NCBI GenBank assembly: GCA_041552775.1
Contig: JBFEKH010000003.1
Location: forward strand, 8,820 to 72,819
Length of the DNA: 64,000 bases
Origin: Allopontixanthobacter sp.
GTDB lineage: Bacteria > Pseudomonadota > Alphaproteobacteria > Sphingomonadales > Sphingomonadaceae
Reading direction: 5' to 3'
Shown here: piece after piece, positions 1 to 8,780 of the stretch
Layout: each line of letters opens with the position of its first letter
Position numbering within the stretch: the first letter of the stretch is position 1
The notes under the pieces: model-generated
Database searches by the model: none
Told to the model about the DNA's origin: nothing
The model's input: the letters and a program-made list of their open reading frames with translations, nothing else
Position numbers and translations under genes: made by a program

Positions 1-1
1 G

Positions 2-1657
2 CGCATTGAAGTGACCGACGACGGTTGCGGAATGACCCCGTCGGACATGGCGCTGGCGCTGGAACGACATGCAACGTCCAAACTGCCAGACGAAGCGATC
101 GAGCAAGTCGTGACATTGGGCTTTCGCGGAGAAGCATTGCCTTCCATCGCCAGCGTCGCACGCTTCACGCTGGAAAGTCGCCCACAAGGCGCGGCGAATG
201 GTTGGCGGCGCGTGGTCGATCACGGCGATCTGGTGGAGGACGGCCCGGCAGCGCTGCCGCCGGGCACTCGCGTCAGGGTGGAACAATTGTTTCACAAGGT
301 GCCCGCCCGGCGAAAATTCCTGCGGACCGCGCGTAGCGAATACGCCGCGTGCAAGGATGTGGTTCACCGCCTGGCCATGGCGCGGCCCGACATCGGCTTC
401 ACACTCGATCACGGCGATCGGCGCGCTTTGGCACTTCAACCTGGCGAAGCACTCGCCACTCGAGTCGCCGGAATCATCGCCCGCGAATTGGCGGATAACG
501 GCGTTGCGATTCAACTAGAGCGCGGTTCGATGCAGCTGACCGGGATCGCCGGTCTGCCGACTTACAACCGCGGCGTGGCCGATCACCAATATCTGTTCGT
601 GAATGGCCGGCCGGTTAAGGACCGGCTGCTGACCGGCGCAGTGCGCGGTGCCTATTCCGATATGCTCGCGCGTGACCGGCATGCCGTGCTTGCCCTGTTC
701 CTTACCCTGCCGCCGGAAGAAGTGGATGTGAACGTCCATCCGGCCAAGACCGAAGTCCGCTTTCGCGATGGGCAAGCGGTGCGCGGGTTTATCGTTTCAG
801 GCTTGCGTCAGGCCTTGGCGACGGGTGATCGGCGAAGCGCACAATCGCCCGATGTCGCCGCCATGGGCCGGTGGAAATCGGAACCTGCGGCGGAACCTTG
901 GGCCGAGCCATCGCCAGTCCTTCGATCCATGTTCGAGGGCCGCGACTGGTCCGCACCGACAACCGGCGGCGTTGCCTCGCCGCGCCCGGACTGGCGGGGG
1001 GCAGATGGCGAAACCCTCGCCGCGCCGATGGGCCGGGCGGAACAGGCCGAAGAACTATCAGCTGAATCTGCGCAATATCCGCTCGGCATTGCGCGCGGGC
1101 AGGTGGCTAACACCTATATCGTGGCAGAGGCAGCGGACGGATTGGTGCTGGTGGATCAGCACGCCGCGCATGAACGGTTCGTGCTCGAACGCCTGCGCGC
1201 CGCCGGTGCGGAAGATGCCATCAAACGCAGCCAGGCATTGCTGCTTCCCGAGGTGGTCGAACTGGAAGAAACTGCTTGCGACCGGCTCGAGGATGCGGCC
1301 GATAAGCTTGCGGCACTAGGCCTTGTGATCGAACGCTTCGGACCCAGTGCTATGCTGGTCCGCGCAGTTCCCTCAACCCTCGGCAAAAGCAACCCGGCGG
1401 CGCTGCTGCGCGATATCGACGACGATCTGGCAAAGCACGGCGAGGCGCTGCTGCTGGGTGAAAAACTTGATCTTGTGCTGGCAACCATGGCCTGCCACGG
1501 ATCGGTCAGGGCAGGGCGGACACTCTCAGTGGCGGAGATGAACGCATTGCTCCGCGAAATGGAGCGCACGCCGCGGTCGGGTCAGTGTAATCACGGCCGC
1601 CCGACGTGGGTCAAATTGTCGATGGAAGATGTCGAAAAACTGTTCGGGAGGCATTGA
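2..1657 (+). CDS. mutL: DNA mismatch repair endonuclease MutL, 5'-truncated by the window edge
   Basis: The reading frame is open from nt 2. GHKL ATPase motifs are present (VTDDGCGM, GFRGEALPSI), as is the C-terminal domain (DQHAAHERFVLE, ACHGSVRAG). The stop overlaps the next ATG (TGATG). Confidence 0.93.
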   Translation, partial: RIEVTDDGCGMTPSDMALALERHATSKLPDEAIEQVVTLGFRGEALPSIASVARFTLESRPQGAANGWRRVVDHGDLVEDGPAALPPGTRVRVEQLFHKVPARRKFLRTARSEYAACKDVVHRLAMARPDIGFTLDHGDRRALALQPGEALATRVAGIIARELADNGVAIQLERGSMQLTGIAGLPTYNRGVADHQYLFVNGRPVKDRLLTGAVRGAYSDMLARDRHAVLALFLTLPPEEVDVNVHPAKTEVRFRDGQAVRGFIVSGLRQALATGDRRSAQSPDVAAMGRWKSEPAAEPWAEPSPVLRSMFEGRDWSAPTTGGVASPRPDWRGADGETLAAPMGRAEQAEELSAESAQYPLGIARGQVANTYIVAEAADGLVLVDQHAAHERFVLERLRAAGAEDAIKRSQALLLPEVVELEETACDRLEDAADKLAALGLVIERFGPSAMLVRAVPSTLGKSNPAALLRDIDDDLAKHGEALLLGEKLDLVLATMACHGSVRAGRTLSVAEMNALLREMERTPRSGQCNHGRPTWVKLSMEDVEKLFGRH

Positions 1658-2166
1658 TGGATCGACGCTTGTTCACACTTTGCCTGGCTTCGGCCGTGAC
1701 CTTGGCAGCCTGTTCGGAAGAAGTCAGTCCGGCGGAGCGAGAAAGGATTGATGCGGCAAAAATCGCTGCGGTCGAGCGGGCCAATATTGTCCCGCCGGAC
1801 CCCGTTTCTCCGCAAAAAATCCGTTATCCCGATTACGAGGCCAATGATCTTTTCGGCGCGGGCTGTGCGTTTGTGCCCGCGGGGGGCGGTCTCGGCGCGA
1901 TTGCGCTGACGAGGGCTGACGTGGCCTATCTCAAGCTCGACGAGAAGGTGGTTCGTCTGGCAGCGGATAAAGGCGGCGAGAAAGCACCCTTTGCGACATG
2001 GGAGAAGTATGATGGCCGGATCCATTCGATCCTGCTCGAATTCGCGCCGGACGACGGGAAAGCCTCGGGCACCGAAACTGTCGAATATCCGGCAGATCTG
2101 ACCATCCGCAATGGTCGCGACCAGATTGTCTACCGGGCATCCGGGCTCGCCCAGTGCGGATTCTAG
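1657..2166 (+). CDS. hypothetical lipoprotein
   Basis: The ATG at 1657 overlaps the mutL stop. There is a signal peptide with a lipobox (LTLAAC). I recognise no family. Confidence 0.6.
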   Translation: MDRRLFTLCLASAVTLAACSEEVSPAERERIDAAKIAAVERANIVPPDPVSPQKIRYPDYEANDLFGAGCAFVPAGGGLGAIALTRADVAYLKLDEKVVRLAADKGGEKAPFATWEKYDGRIHSILLEFAPDDGKASGTETVEYPADLTIRNGRDQIVYRASGLAQCGF

Positions 2167-2205
2167 GGTGTGCGGATTTCAGAGTCCGCGGGTTTTAGGG
2201 CAGCA

Positions 2206-2667
2206 TCATTCAACCGGTGCGGATTGATCGCGCACCCGGATCAAACCGTTCGAGACCATTTCCAGTACCAGTTCTCCGTTCTGGTTGAACGTTTGGCTCT
2301 TTGATTTGAAAATGCCCATTTCGGGTCGCGAATTGCTCCGGCGTTTTTCGAGTATTTCGCTGCGACATGACAGGGTGTCGCAGGGATAGACCGGCTTGAC
2401 CCAGCGCAGATTGTCGACCCCAGGGGAACCGAGACCGGCCTGCTGGTGAATTTTCATATCGTCGACCATCATTCGCATGGTCATGGCGCAGGTATGCCAC
2501 CCGCTGGCCGAAAGCCTGCCGAAATGGGTCTGCGCGGCAGCCTCGTCGTCGAGGTGAAATGGCTGCGGATCATAGGCCTCGGCAAACCGCATCACTTCTT
2601 CACGCGTCACTTCATAATGGCCGAATGTCTTGGACGACCCGACGATCAGGTCTTCGTAAAAAAGCAT
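2206..2667 (-). CDS. MaoC-like (hot-dog fold) dehydratase family protein
   Basis: 153-aa ORF. The N-terminal region (YEVTREEVMRFAEAYDPQPFHLDDEAA) is typical of the MaoC dehydratase family. Confidence 0.8.
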   Translation of the reverse strand: MLFYEDLIVGSSKTFGHYEVTREEVMRFAEAYDPQPFHLDDEAAAQTHFGRLSASGWHTCAMTMRMMVDDMKIHQQAGLGSPGVDNLRWVKPVYPCDTLSCRSEILEKRRSNSRPEMGIFKSKSQTFNQNGELVLEMVSNGLIRVRDQSAPVE

Positions 2668-2706
2668 GTTAACTGCGCCCCTGTAATCCGCTTGGTTGCC
2701 AGCGCT

Positions 2707-3450
2707 TTAATACACCAGCATCCACACGCCCATAGCCATCATCGCCAGGTTTTCCGACAGGGAAATGAAGCCGAGCGGGACATTGCCGCTCCCTCCGACG
2801 CACGCGCATTTGATGTCGCGTTTCTGGATATAGACAGCGTAGAAAACCGAAGCAGCACCGATCGTTCCGATGACCAGCGCCACCGGTATCGAGAGCCATG
2901 GCAGCACGCGCCCAGCCATCAGCACTGCAGCCAGTGCTTCCAGATAGGGATAGGCGTAAGAGTAAGGCACGAACCTTTTGGCCAGCAGATCATAGCCGAC
3001 GAACATGCTGGAAAATTTCTCGACATCCTGCAGCTTGAGCATTGCCAGCATCGCCATGGAAAAGGCGACGAACCACTCCGCCGTCCTGATGGTCAGCGGC
3101 GAGCTATACACAAACTGGCTCATCGCCAGGGCCAGCGCGAGACCGACTGCGAAGACTGCTAGCACCGGACGGTAAGTGGTTCTGCCGGGGTCAGGCAGCG
3201 GATTGTCGAAATAAGCCCTGAGTTCGGTGTAACCGCCAACCATGGTGTCGCCGATGAAGGTCTGCGGCGTTGTCACTACACCGTGCTTTGCCTTGAACGC
3301 ATCGGTCTGCTCGCGGGTTGTCAGGTGATGATCCTCCACGGTAAAACCCTGGCGTTCAAGCAGCCATTTGGACTTGATGCCATAGGGACAGACATGGCTG
3401 TCCATGACCATGCGATAGAGGCGGGCAGTTTTGTCCTGAGAATTTTTCAT
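2707..3450 (-). CDS. glutaredoxin-domain / MauE(DoxX-like) membrane protein fusion
   Basis: The N-terminal domain is Grx-like (VCPYG..TTPQTFIGDTMVGGYTEL). It is followed by about 5 TM helices that end with a CACVGGSG motif, as in the MauE family. Confidence 0.75.
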   Translation of the reverse strand: MKNSQDKTARLYRMVMDSHVCPYGIKSKWLLERQGFTVEDHHLTTREQTDAFKAKHGVVTTPQTFIGDTMVGGYTELRAYFDNPLPDPGRTTYRPVLAVFAVGLALALAMSQFVYSSPLTIRTAEWFVAFSMAMLAMLKLQDVEKFSSMFVGYDLLAKRFVPYSYAYPYLEALAAVLMAGRVLPWLSIPVALVIGTIGAASVFYAVYIQKRDIKCACVGGSGNVPLGFISLSENLAMMAMGVWMLVY

Positions 3451-3457
3451 GGATTGA

Positions 3458-3482
3458 AAATATACCCTATGGGGGTATATTT
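3458..3482. promoter_or_regulatory. 10-bp perfect inverted repeat AAATATACCC-N5-GGGTATATTT, a candidate CsoR/RcnR-family operator
   Basis: Read directly from the sequence. It lies 7 nt upstream of the ATG of the Grx-MauE gene. AT-rich arms flank a C3/G5 tract. Confidence 0.4.
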
Positions 3483-3493
3483 CAAGGGCGCGG

Positions 3494-4294
3494 CTACGCC
3501 CGGAATGACGGGATTTTTCCGTCCGTGTCCATGTTCGGGATAATCCTGTATCGCGACAGAATCAGGCTGAAGATACCAAACAGAAGTAGTCCGACCGCCA
3601 CCAGCGTGAACACGAAACCTTCGCCTGACAGGGAGGCTACAGCATCGCCAAGCGTCTTGATCTGGTCACTGCCGCTCGACATGAAGCCTGCGCGCACGAG
3701 CGACCAGCCGATCACAATGAACACCACCGCACGCGCGGCATAGCCAGCTCCGCCCAGCCATCTGGTGTAGGATGGTGCACCCGCACTGATGCGGTTCATG
3801 AATGATCCGGTGAACGCCTTTTTCGCCTGCGCAAATGCAGCGACGAAAAAGATAAGGCCGAGCAGACCGAGGACCGCGCCGCCAAGTGTGACGGACAGGA
3901 TACCGTCGGCCGCTTCCTGTGCTCCGCCGCCGCTGCCGCCGCCGGATGAAGTTGCAAATTTATAGGCGGAGTAGGCCATTGCGACGTGACCGATCGCACT
4001 GCCTGCATGGCCGAGCCGCATTCCCCAGCCTTTCTTGTCCGAACCGTGGTTCTCGACATCGAAGAAGGTGGAGGTGAAGCGGAACAGGGCATAGGCGATC
4101 AGGCCGACGACCATTAGCCACAGGATCACAGCGCCTAGCGGGAATTCCTTGATCGCGATGAAGATTCCGTCAGTCCCCTGAGAAATCTTGCTGGCGCTGG
4201 TCAGCGCAATAAAACCCAGCACCGTGTACAGGATTGCGCGACTGAAATAACCTACCCGTACGAGCGAGCTGAATTCTTCCGATTTATCTACCAT
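3494..4294 (-). CDS. DUF1206 domain membrane protein
   Basis: The protein has repeated GY..R..vY..lG TM-pair modules. The start is uncertain: ATG 4294 is preferred, and TTG 4327 or GTG 4324 are possible. Confidence 0.7.
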   Translation of the reverse strand: MVDKSEEFSSLVRVGYFSRAILYTVLGFIALTSASKISQGTDGIFIAIKEFPLGAVILWLMVVGLIAYALFRFTSTFFDVENHGSDKKGWGMRLGHAGSAIGHVAMAYSAYKFATSSGGGSGGGAQEAADGILSVTLGGAVLGLLGLIFFVAAFAQAKKAFTGSFMNRISAGAPSYTRWLGGAGYAARAVVFIVIGWSLVRAGFMSSGSDQIKTLGDAVASLSGEGFVFTLVAVGLLLFGIFSLILSRYRIIPNMDTDGKIPSFRA

Positions 4295-4355
4295 CTGGTT
4301 TTTTCCCGCCTCTTGTTTCCGCACCAACGGGCAGAAAGCGAAAAGGTGCCGGGAT

Positions 4356-5456
4356 TTAAACGTTGAATTTGAAATTCAGGATGTCGCCGTCCTGAACCAG
4401 ATATTCCTTGCCTTCCTGCCGCAGCTTCCCCGCATCGCGGGCTCCCGTTTCACCGCCCAGTGAAACGAAATCATCGAATGCAATGGTTTCCGCCTTGATG
4501 AAACCGCGTTCGAAATCGCTGTGGATCTCGCCAGCTGCCTGCGGAGCCTTCGCGCCCTTGGGGAAAGTCCATGCGCGGGCTTCCTTTGGGCCGGCGGTGA
4601 AATAGGTTTGCAGGCCGAGCAGTTCATAACCGGCGCGGATTACGCGGGCGAGGCCGCTTTCTTTGAGGCCGAGTTCAGCAAGGAATTCCCCGCGATCTTC
4701 CACCGGCATGGTCACCAGATCTGCTTCAATCGCAGCGGAGACCACCACCGATTGTGCGCCTTCGGCAGCGGCCTTGGCTGCAACCATCTGCGACATTGCA
4801 TTGCCCGTCGCAGCGTCTTCTTCAGCGACGTTGCACACGTAAAGAACCGGTTTGGCGGTCAGCAATTGCGCTTGTTCGAAAACGCGCTTTTCCTCGATAT
4901 CTTTTGGCTCGGTCAGCCGTGCGGGCTTACCTTCGCGCAGCAATTCGAGCGCCTGACCCAGCACGCTGGCGAGAACCTTGGCGTCCTTGTCGCCAGCCTT
5001 TGCCTTTTTCTCCGCAGCAGGAACGCGTTTTTCGAGGCTTTCGAGATCGGACAGCATCAATTCGGTTTCGACCACTTCGGCGTCCGACTGCGGATCGACC
5101 TTGTTGGCAACATGCTGGATATCATCGTCTTCGAAGCAGCGCAGCACGTGTACGATGGCATCGACTTCGCGAATGTTGGCGAGGAACTGGTTGCCCAGGC
5201 CTTCGCCCTTGCTGGCCCCTTTGACGAGGCCGGCAATGTCAACGAACCCGAGCTGGGTTTCAATGATCTTCGCGCTACCGGCGATCTTGGCAATCTGGTC
5301 CAGACGCGCATCAGGCACCGCGACCTGGCCGACATTCGGCTCGATCGTGCAGAACGGATAATTGGCCGCCTGCGCCGCCTGCGTCTCTGTGAGCGCATTG
5401 AAAAGGGTGGACTTGCCAACATTGGGCAGCCCGACGATCCCGCAACGGAAACCCAT
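4356..5456 (-). CDS. ychF: redox-regulated ribosome-binding ATPase YchF
   Basis: 366 aa. It has the G1 motif GLPNVGKSTLFNALT, a TGS domain, and the C-terminal DGDILNFKFNV. Confidence 0.95.
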   Translation of the reverse strand: MGFRCGIVGLPNVGKSTLFNALTETQAAQAANYPFCTIEPNVGQVAVPDARLDQIAKIAGSAKIIETQLGFVDIAGLVKGASKGEGLGNQFLANIREVDAIVHVLRCFEDDDIQHVANKVDPQSDAEVVETELMLSDLESLEKRVPAAEKKAKAGDKDAKVLASVLGQALELLREGKPARLTEPKDIEEKRVFEQAQLLTAKPVLYVCNVAEEDAATGNAMSQMVAAKAAAEGAQSVVVSAAIEADLVTMPVEDRGEFLAELGLKESGLARVIRAGYELLGLQTYFTAGPKEARAWTFPKGAKAPQAAGEIHSDFERGFIKAETIAFDDFVSLGGETGARDAGKLRQEGKEYLVQDGDILNFKFNV

Positions 5457-5484
5457 CGAAAACTCCGGAAGTAAGAACAGGAGG

Positions 5485-5508
5485 CGCGCTTAGCCCCCTG
5501 CGCGCCGC
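5485..5508 (-). terminator. weak candidate terminator hairpin after the SDR gene
   Basis: The stem is GGCGCGC-N10-GCGCGCC. On the minus strand it is followed by TCCTGTTCTT. The U-tract is poor. Confidence 0.3.
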
Positions 5509-5531
5509 ATTACCAGCCCAGTCGTAACGGT

Positions 5532-6530
5532 CTAGACGTTGTGAACCGCCTTGATCCACGGGCCGTAGGGCGTTTCTCCCAGCCAGCCCACCTGCACCTT
5601 GGCGCTGACTTCGTTGATCGCCATTTGCGGTTTGTGGCCAGGGTGAACTGCGCGGCGCAGTGGGCGAGTGCCCGGCGGCATGGCAATGATCTCGCCAATC
5701 GCGTTAGGTACATCAATCGGATCGGTCGTGCCGCCTGCGCCGCTGGTGCTGGTGCGAAGCTGGGCAATCAGTTCGGGATAGCCGCTCAAGTGTTTTTCAT
5801 TCGACCGGTCGAGCAATTTCTGGGTGTTTGCATTGGCGTTGGCCCAGATCTTTGTCGGATAACCGCCCGGCTCGATAATCGTCACCTCGATGTTGTGCGG
5901 CACGAGTTCATACGCGAGCGATTCGCTGAGCGCTTCGAGCGCGAATTTGGTGGGCGAATACTGGCCGTAAGCCGGCGCGATTACCCGACCCAATTGCGAT
6001 GTGACATTGAAAATCTGGCCAGATTTTGCGGCGCGCATTGCCGGTAGGGCGGCCCGGATTGTACGCTGCGTGCCGAAGACATTGGTTTCGAACATCAGCC
6101 GGGTCGCTTCCATGTCCTGGATTTCAATCGGTCCCGCAATCGACATACCTGCATTGTTGACCAGCACGTCGAGCGCGCCGCCCGCCATCTCCTCGGCTTT
6201 GGCAACCCCTGCAGCCACCTGCTCATCGCTGGTGACGTCCATTTCGATCACATGCAGGTCGAGGTTTTCAGCCTTTGCCAGCGCGATCAGCTCGTCACCC
6301 TCGGGCCGCGGCAGGTTGCGCATGGTAGCGAAGACCTTGGCGCCCTCGTGGGCGAATTTCTCGGCCATCAAGCGCCCGAAGCCAGACGAGCAACCGGTGA
6401 TCAGGATCGACTTGCCCGTCAAATCAGCCTTTGCGGCGATCATGTCGGCTTGGGCAGTTGCGGCTGTCGCGACCAGTGCCGATGTTGCAGCGGCTCCGGC
6501 TAGCAGGGTGCGGCGGTCGATCTTGGTCAT
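5532..6530 (-). CDS. SDR family oxidoreductase with a twin-arginine (Tat) signal peptide
   Basis: The N-terminus reads MTKIDRRTLLAGAAATSALVATAATAQA, followed by TGCSSGFG (the Rossmann TGxxxGxG motif). GGAGAG lies 4 nt upstream of the ATG at 6530. An alternative ATG is at 6560. Confidence 0.85.
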   Translation of the reverse strand: MTKIDRRTLLAGAAATSALVATAATAQADMIAAKADLTGKSILITGCSSGFGRLMAEKFAHEGAKVFATMRNLPRPEGDELIALAKAENLDLHVIEMDVTSDEQVAAGVAKAEEMAGGALDVLVNNAGMSIAGPIEIQDMEATRLMFETNVFGTQRTIRAALPAMRAAKSGQIFNVTSQLGRVIAPAYGQYSPTKFALEALSESLAYELVPHNIEVTIIEPGGYPTKIWANANANTQKLLDRSNEKHLSGYPELIAQLRTSTSGAGGTTDPIDVPNAIGEIIAMPPGTRPLRRAVHPGHKPQMAINEVSAKVQVGWLGETPYGPWIKAVHNV

Positions 6531-6569
6531 GTGGCTCTCCAATGGGATGTCTTGCGACACGGTAGTGCG

Positions 6570-7067
6570 TCAGAGCCGGTCAATCCACCCCTGCAGTTCG
6601 GCGGGCGATCGGAAATGGAAGGCCTGCCCGCCAAATGACTGCACGTGCCGGGTAAGGGCAGGACGCTTGGTCCACGGCCATTTGGCGATATACCACAGGA
6701 AAGCCAGGTCGAGCCGTTCCGGGCAACCCTCGGCCACGTCGGGCCGTGTTCGGCCGCGATATGTCCAGATCCGCCGGATCGTGCGCCATAGGCAAAGCGG
6801 GATCGGGAAATCGAGATAGACCACCGTATCGGCATGTCCCATCCTGAGGTCCATTGACCCGCCGTAATTCCCATCAATGATCCATGAAGGTCGGTTCAAC
6901 GCTTCGTCCAGCTTGCCCGCAAATTCATCCGGCGAGGGCTCGGTCCAGCCCGGACGCCAGTAAAGCTGGTCGAGATGGATCACGGGCAGCCCGAGCTTCG
7001 CACCGATTTGTCCGGCAGCGGTCGATTTGCCCGCACCGCATGGTCCGATCACGAGCACGCGTTTCAC
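6570..7067 (-). CDS. P-loop NTPase, adenylate-kinase-like / topology modulation (FlaR-like) family
   Basis: It carries a Walker A motif (GPCGAGKST). The GTG at 7067 gives the typical VKRVLVIG N-terminus and sits 5 nt after the pth stop. The ORF is open up to 7136 but would then overlap pth. Confidence 0.7.
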   Translation of the reverse strand: MKRVLVIGPCGAGKSTAAGQIGAKLGLPVIHLDQLYWRPGWTEPSPDEFAGKLDEALNRPSWIIDGNYGGSMDLRMGHADTVVYLDFPIPLCLWRTIRRIWTYRGRTRPDVAEGCPERLDLAFLWYIAKWPWTKRPALTRHVQSFGGQAFHFRSPAELQGWIDRL

Positions 7068-7072
7068 CTGCT

Positions 7073-7642
7073 TCAGTCCCGCAATCTCAGCGCGACTTCG
7101 CTCATGAACCGGGCGGCGTCGCCCTTGGCCAGCCAATCGGCTTCGGCACTGATCGCCCCTAGCGTCGCGGCGAGATCATCCTGCTCTGCCTTGGCATAAT
7201 TACCCAGGACATAACCGTGCACGCGGTCCTTGTGGCCCGGATGGCCGATCCCGATCCGCACGCGGCGAAAATCATTGCCGACATGCTGGTCGATCGAACG
7301 AAGGCCATTGTGGCCCGCATTGCCGCCGCCCTGCTTCACCTTGACCTTCAACGGTTCCAGGTCGAGCTCGTCATGGAACACAGTCAGCGCATCCAGCCCC
7401 AGTTTGTAGAACCGCATGGCTTCACCAACAGCGCGGCCGCTTTCGTTCATGAATGTCGCAGGTTTGAGCAGGATGATCCGTTCGCCGCCGATCCGGCCAT
7501 CCTGGATCCAGCCGGAGAATTTTTTCTGCACCGGCCCGAAATCATGCATCGCCGCCATGACGTCCGCCGCCATGAACCCGACGTTGTGCCGGTGCATCGC
7601 ATATTGCGGACCGGGATTTCCGAGACCTACCCAAAGTTGCAT
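7073..7642 (-). CDS. pth: peptidyl-tRNA hydrolase
   Basis: 189 aa. Motifs GLGNPG..Y..HRHNVGF and GHNGLRS are present. Confidence 0.95.
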   Translation of the reverse strand: MQLWVGLGNPGPQYAMHRHNVGFMAADVMAAMHDFGPVQKKFSGWIQDGRIGGERIILLKPATFMNESGRAVGEAMRFYKLGLDALTVFHDELDLEPLKVKVKQGGGNAGHNGLRSIDQHVGNDFRRVRIGIGHPGHKDRVHGYVLGNYAKAEQDDLAATLGAISAEADWLAKGDAARFMSEVALRLRD

Positions 7643-7684
7643 GATTTCCCTTCAGTACGTTTGGCGCTCTAGTAAATTTGGCCG

Positions 7685-7727
7685 GAAAAGCAAAACGCCC
7701 GCCACGCTTTCGCGGGACGGGCGTTTT
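7685..7727 (-). terminator. rho-independent terminator downstream of rplY
   Basis: On the minus strand the sequence is AAAACGCCCGTCCCGCGAAAGCGTGGCGGGCGTTTTGCTTTTC: a long GC stem followed by a U-tract. Confidence 0.55.
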
Positions 7728-7749
7728 CAACCATAGTGAAAGATGGGGC

Positions 7750-8421
7750 TTATTCGCCGCCTTCTTCGGTTTCTTCTTCGCTGGCAGATGCTCCAGCAGT
7801 TGTGCCTTCTGCTTCACCTTCTTCGCCGTCGGCGCCGCCATCCTGGCTCTTCAGCGCGGATGGAGCAACGATGGTAGCGATGGTGAAGTCACGATCGGTG
7901 ATCGCGCTGACCGAGCCATCCGGCAGCACAACGGTGCTGATGTGGATCGAATCGCCAACTTCCAGACCGGTAACGTCAATGTGGATTTCGTCAGGGATCT
8001 TGTCGCTTTCGCAGACCAGTTCCAGCTCGTGACGAACCACGTTGAGAACGCCGCCCTTCTTGAGGCCGGGGCTGGATTCTTCGTTGATGAATACAACCGG
8101 CACGTTGACTTCGATCTTCGAATCCTTGGACAGGCGGAAGAAATCGACATGCAGCGGCTGGTCGTTCACCGGGTGAAAGGCAACATCCTTTGGCAGGGTG
8201 CGTACGCTCTTGCCGCCAACATCGATCATCACGATCGAGTTCATGAAGTGGCCGGTGCCAAGCTGACGGTTCAGCTCCTTGGCTTCGACGTGGATCGGGG
8301 CGGGATCTTCTCCGCCGCCATAAATGACAGCAGGAACTCGGCCTTCGCGACGCAGTGCACGGGAGGCTCCCTTGCCAGCCCGTTCGCGCGTCTCAGCCGG
8401 CAGGTGTAGAGCGTCGCTCAT
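7750..8421 (-). CDS. rplY: 50S ribosomal protein L25 / general stress protein Ctc
   Basis: [36 protein letters not shown] is the L25 N-terminus. The C-terminal tail is acidic. The ATG at 8421 was chosen inside the longer ORF. Confidence 0.92.
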   Translation of the reverse strand: MSDALHLPAETRERAGKGASRALRREGRVPAVIYGGGEDPAPIHVEAKELNRQLGTGHFMNSIVMIDVGGKSVRTLPKDVAFHPVNDQPLHVDFFRLSKDSKIEVNVPVVFINEESSPGLKKGGVLNVVRHELELVCESDKIPDEIHIDVTGLEVGDSIHISTVVLPDGSVSAITDRDFTIATIVAPSALKSQDGGADGEEGEAEGTTAGASASEEETEEGGE

Positions 8422-8780
8422 AAATATTGCCTTTCGAAATGCATTATGTGGTCTTCCGTCTGCCAAGCCTCCAGGGATGACCTTGGCCGGAAGCGCGCGC
8501 CTTTACGGGCAATATGGGCGAAAGACAAGCGGCAATGGTCTCCGGCCGGCGCTCAGGCTGCAATCTGTTGCAAGCGTTTACGGCACAGCCATTTCACTTG
8601 GCCTCAGCAAATCATGAAAGCGGACCGTCGGTCGATTACTCGATTCCGTAATTTGCAGGCGCCGCCAGTCATTCCCCAAAGTGCCAGATTGTGAATTAGC
8701 CCATATTTTTTGCGTTATCCTTTGTATTCCTATGCTTAGCGTGAGGAGGGGCTCCGTTTATAGCGTTGAGGGTCGCAATT

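Noticed and set aside
2172-2189. A hairpin GCGGA-tttcagag-TCCGC followed by GGGTTTTA after the lipoprotein gene.
   Set aside because: It has only a 5-bp stem with an 8-nt loop, which is too weak to call as a terminator without transcript data.
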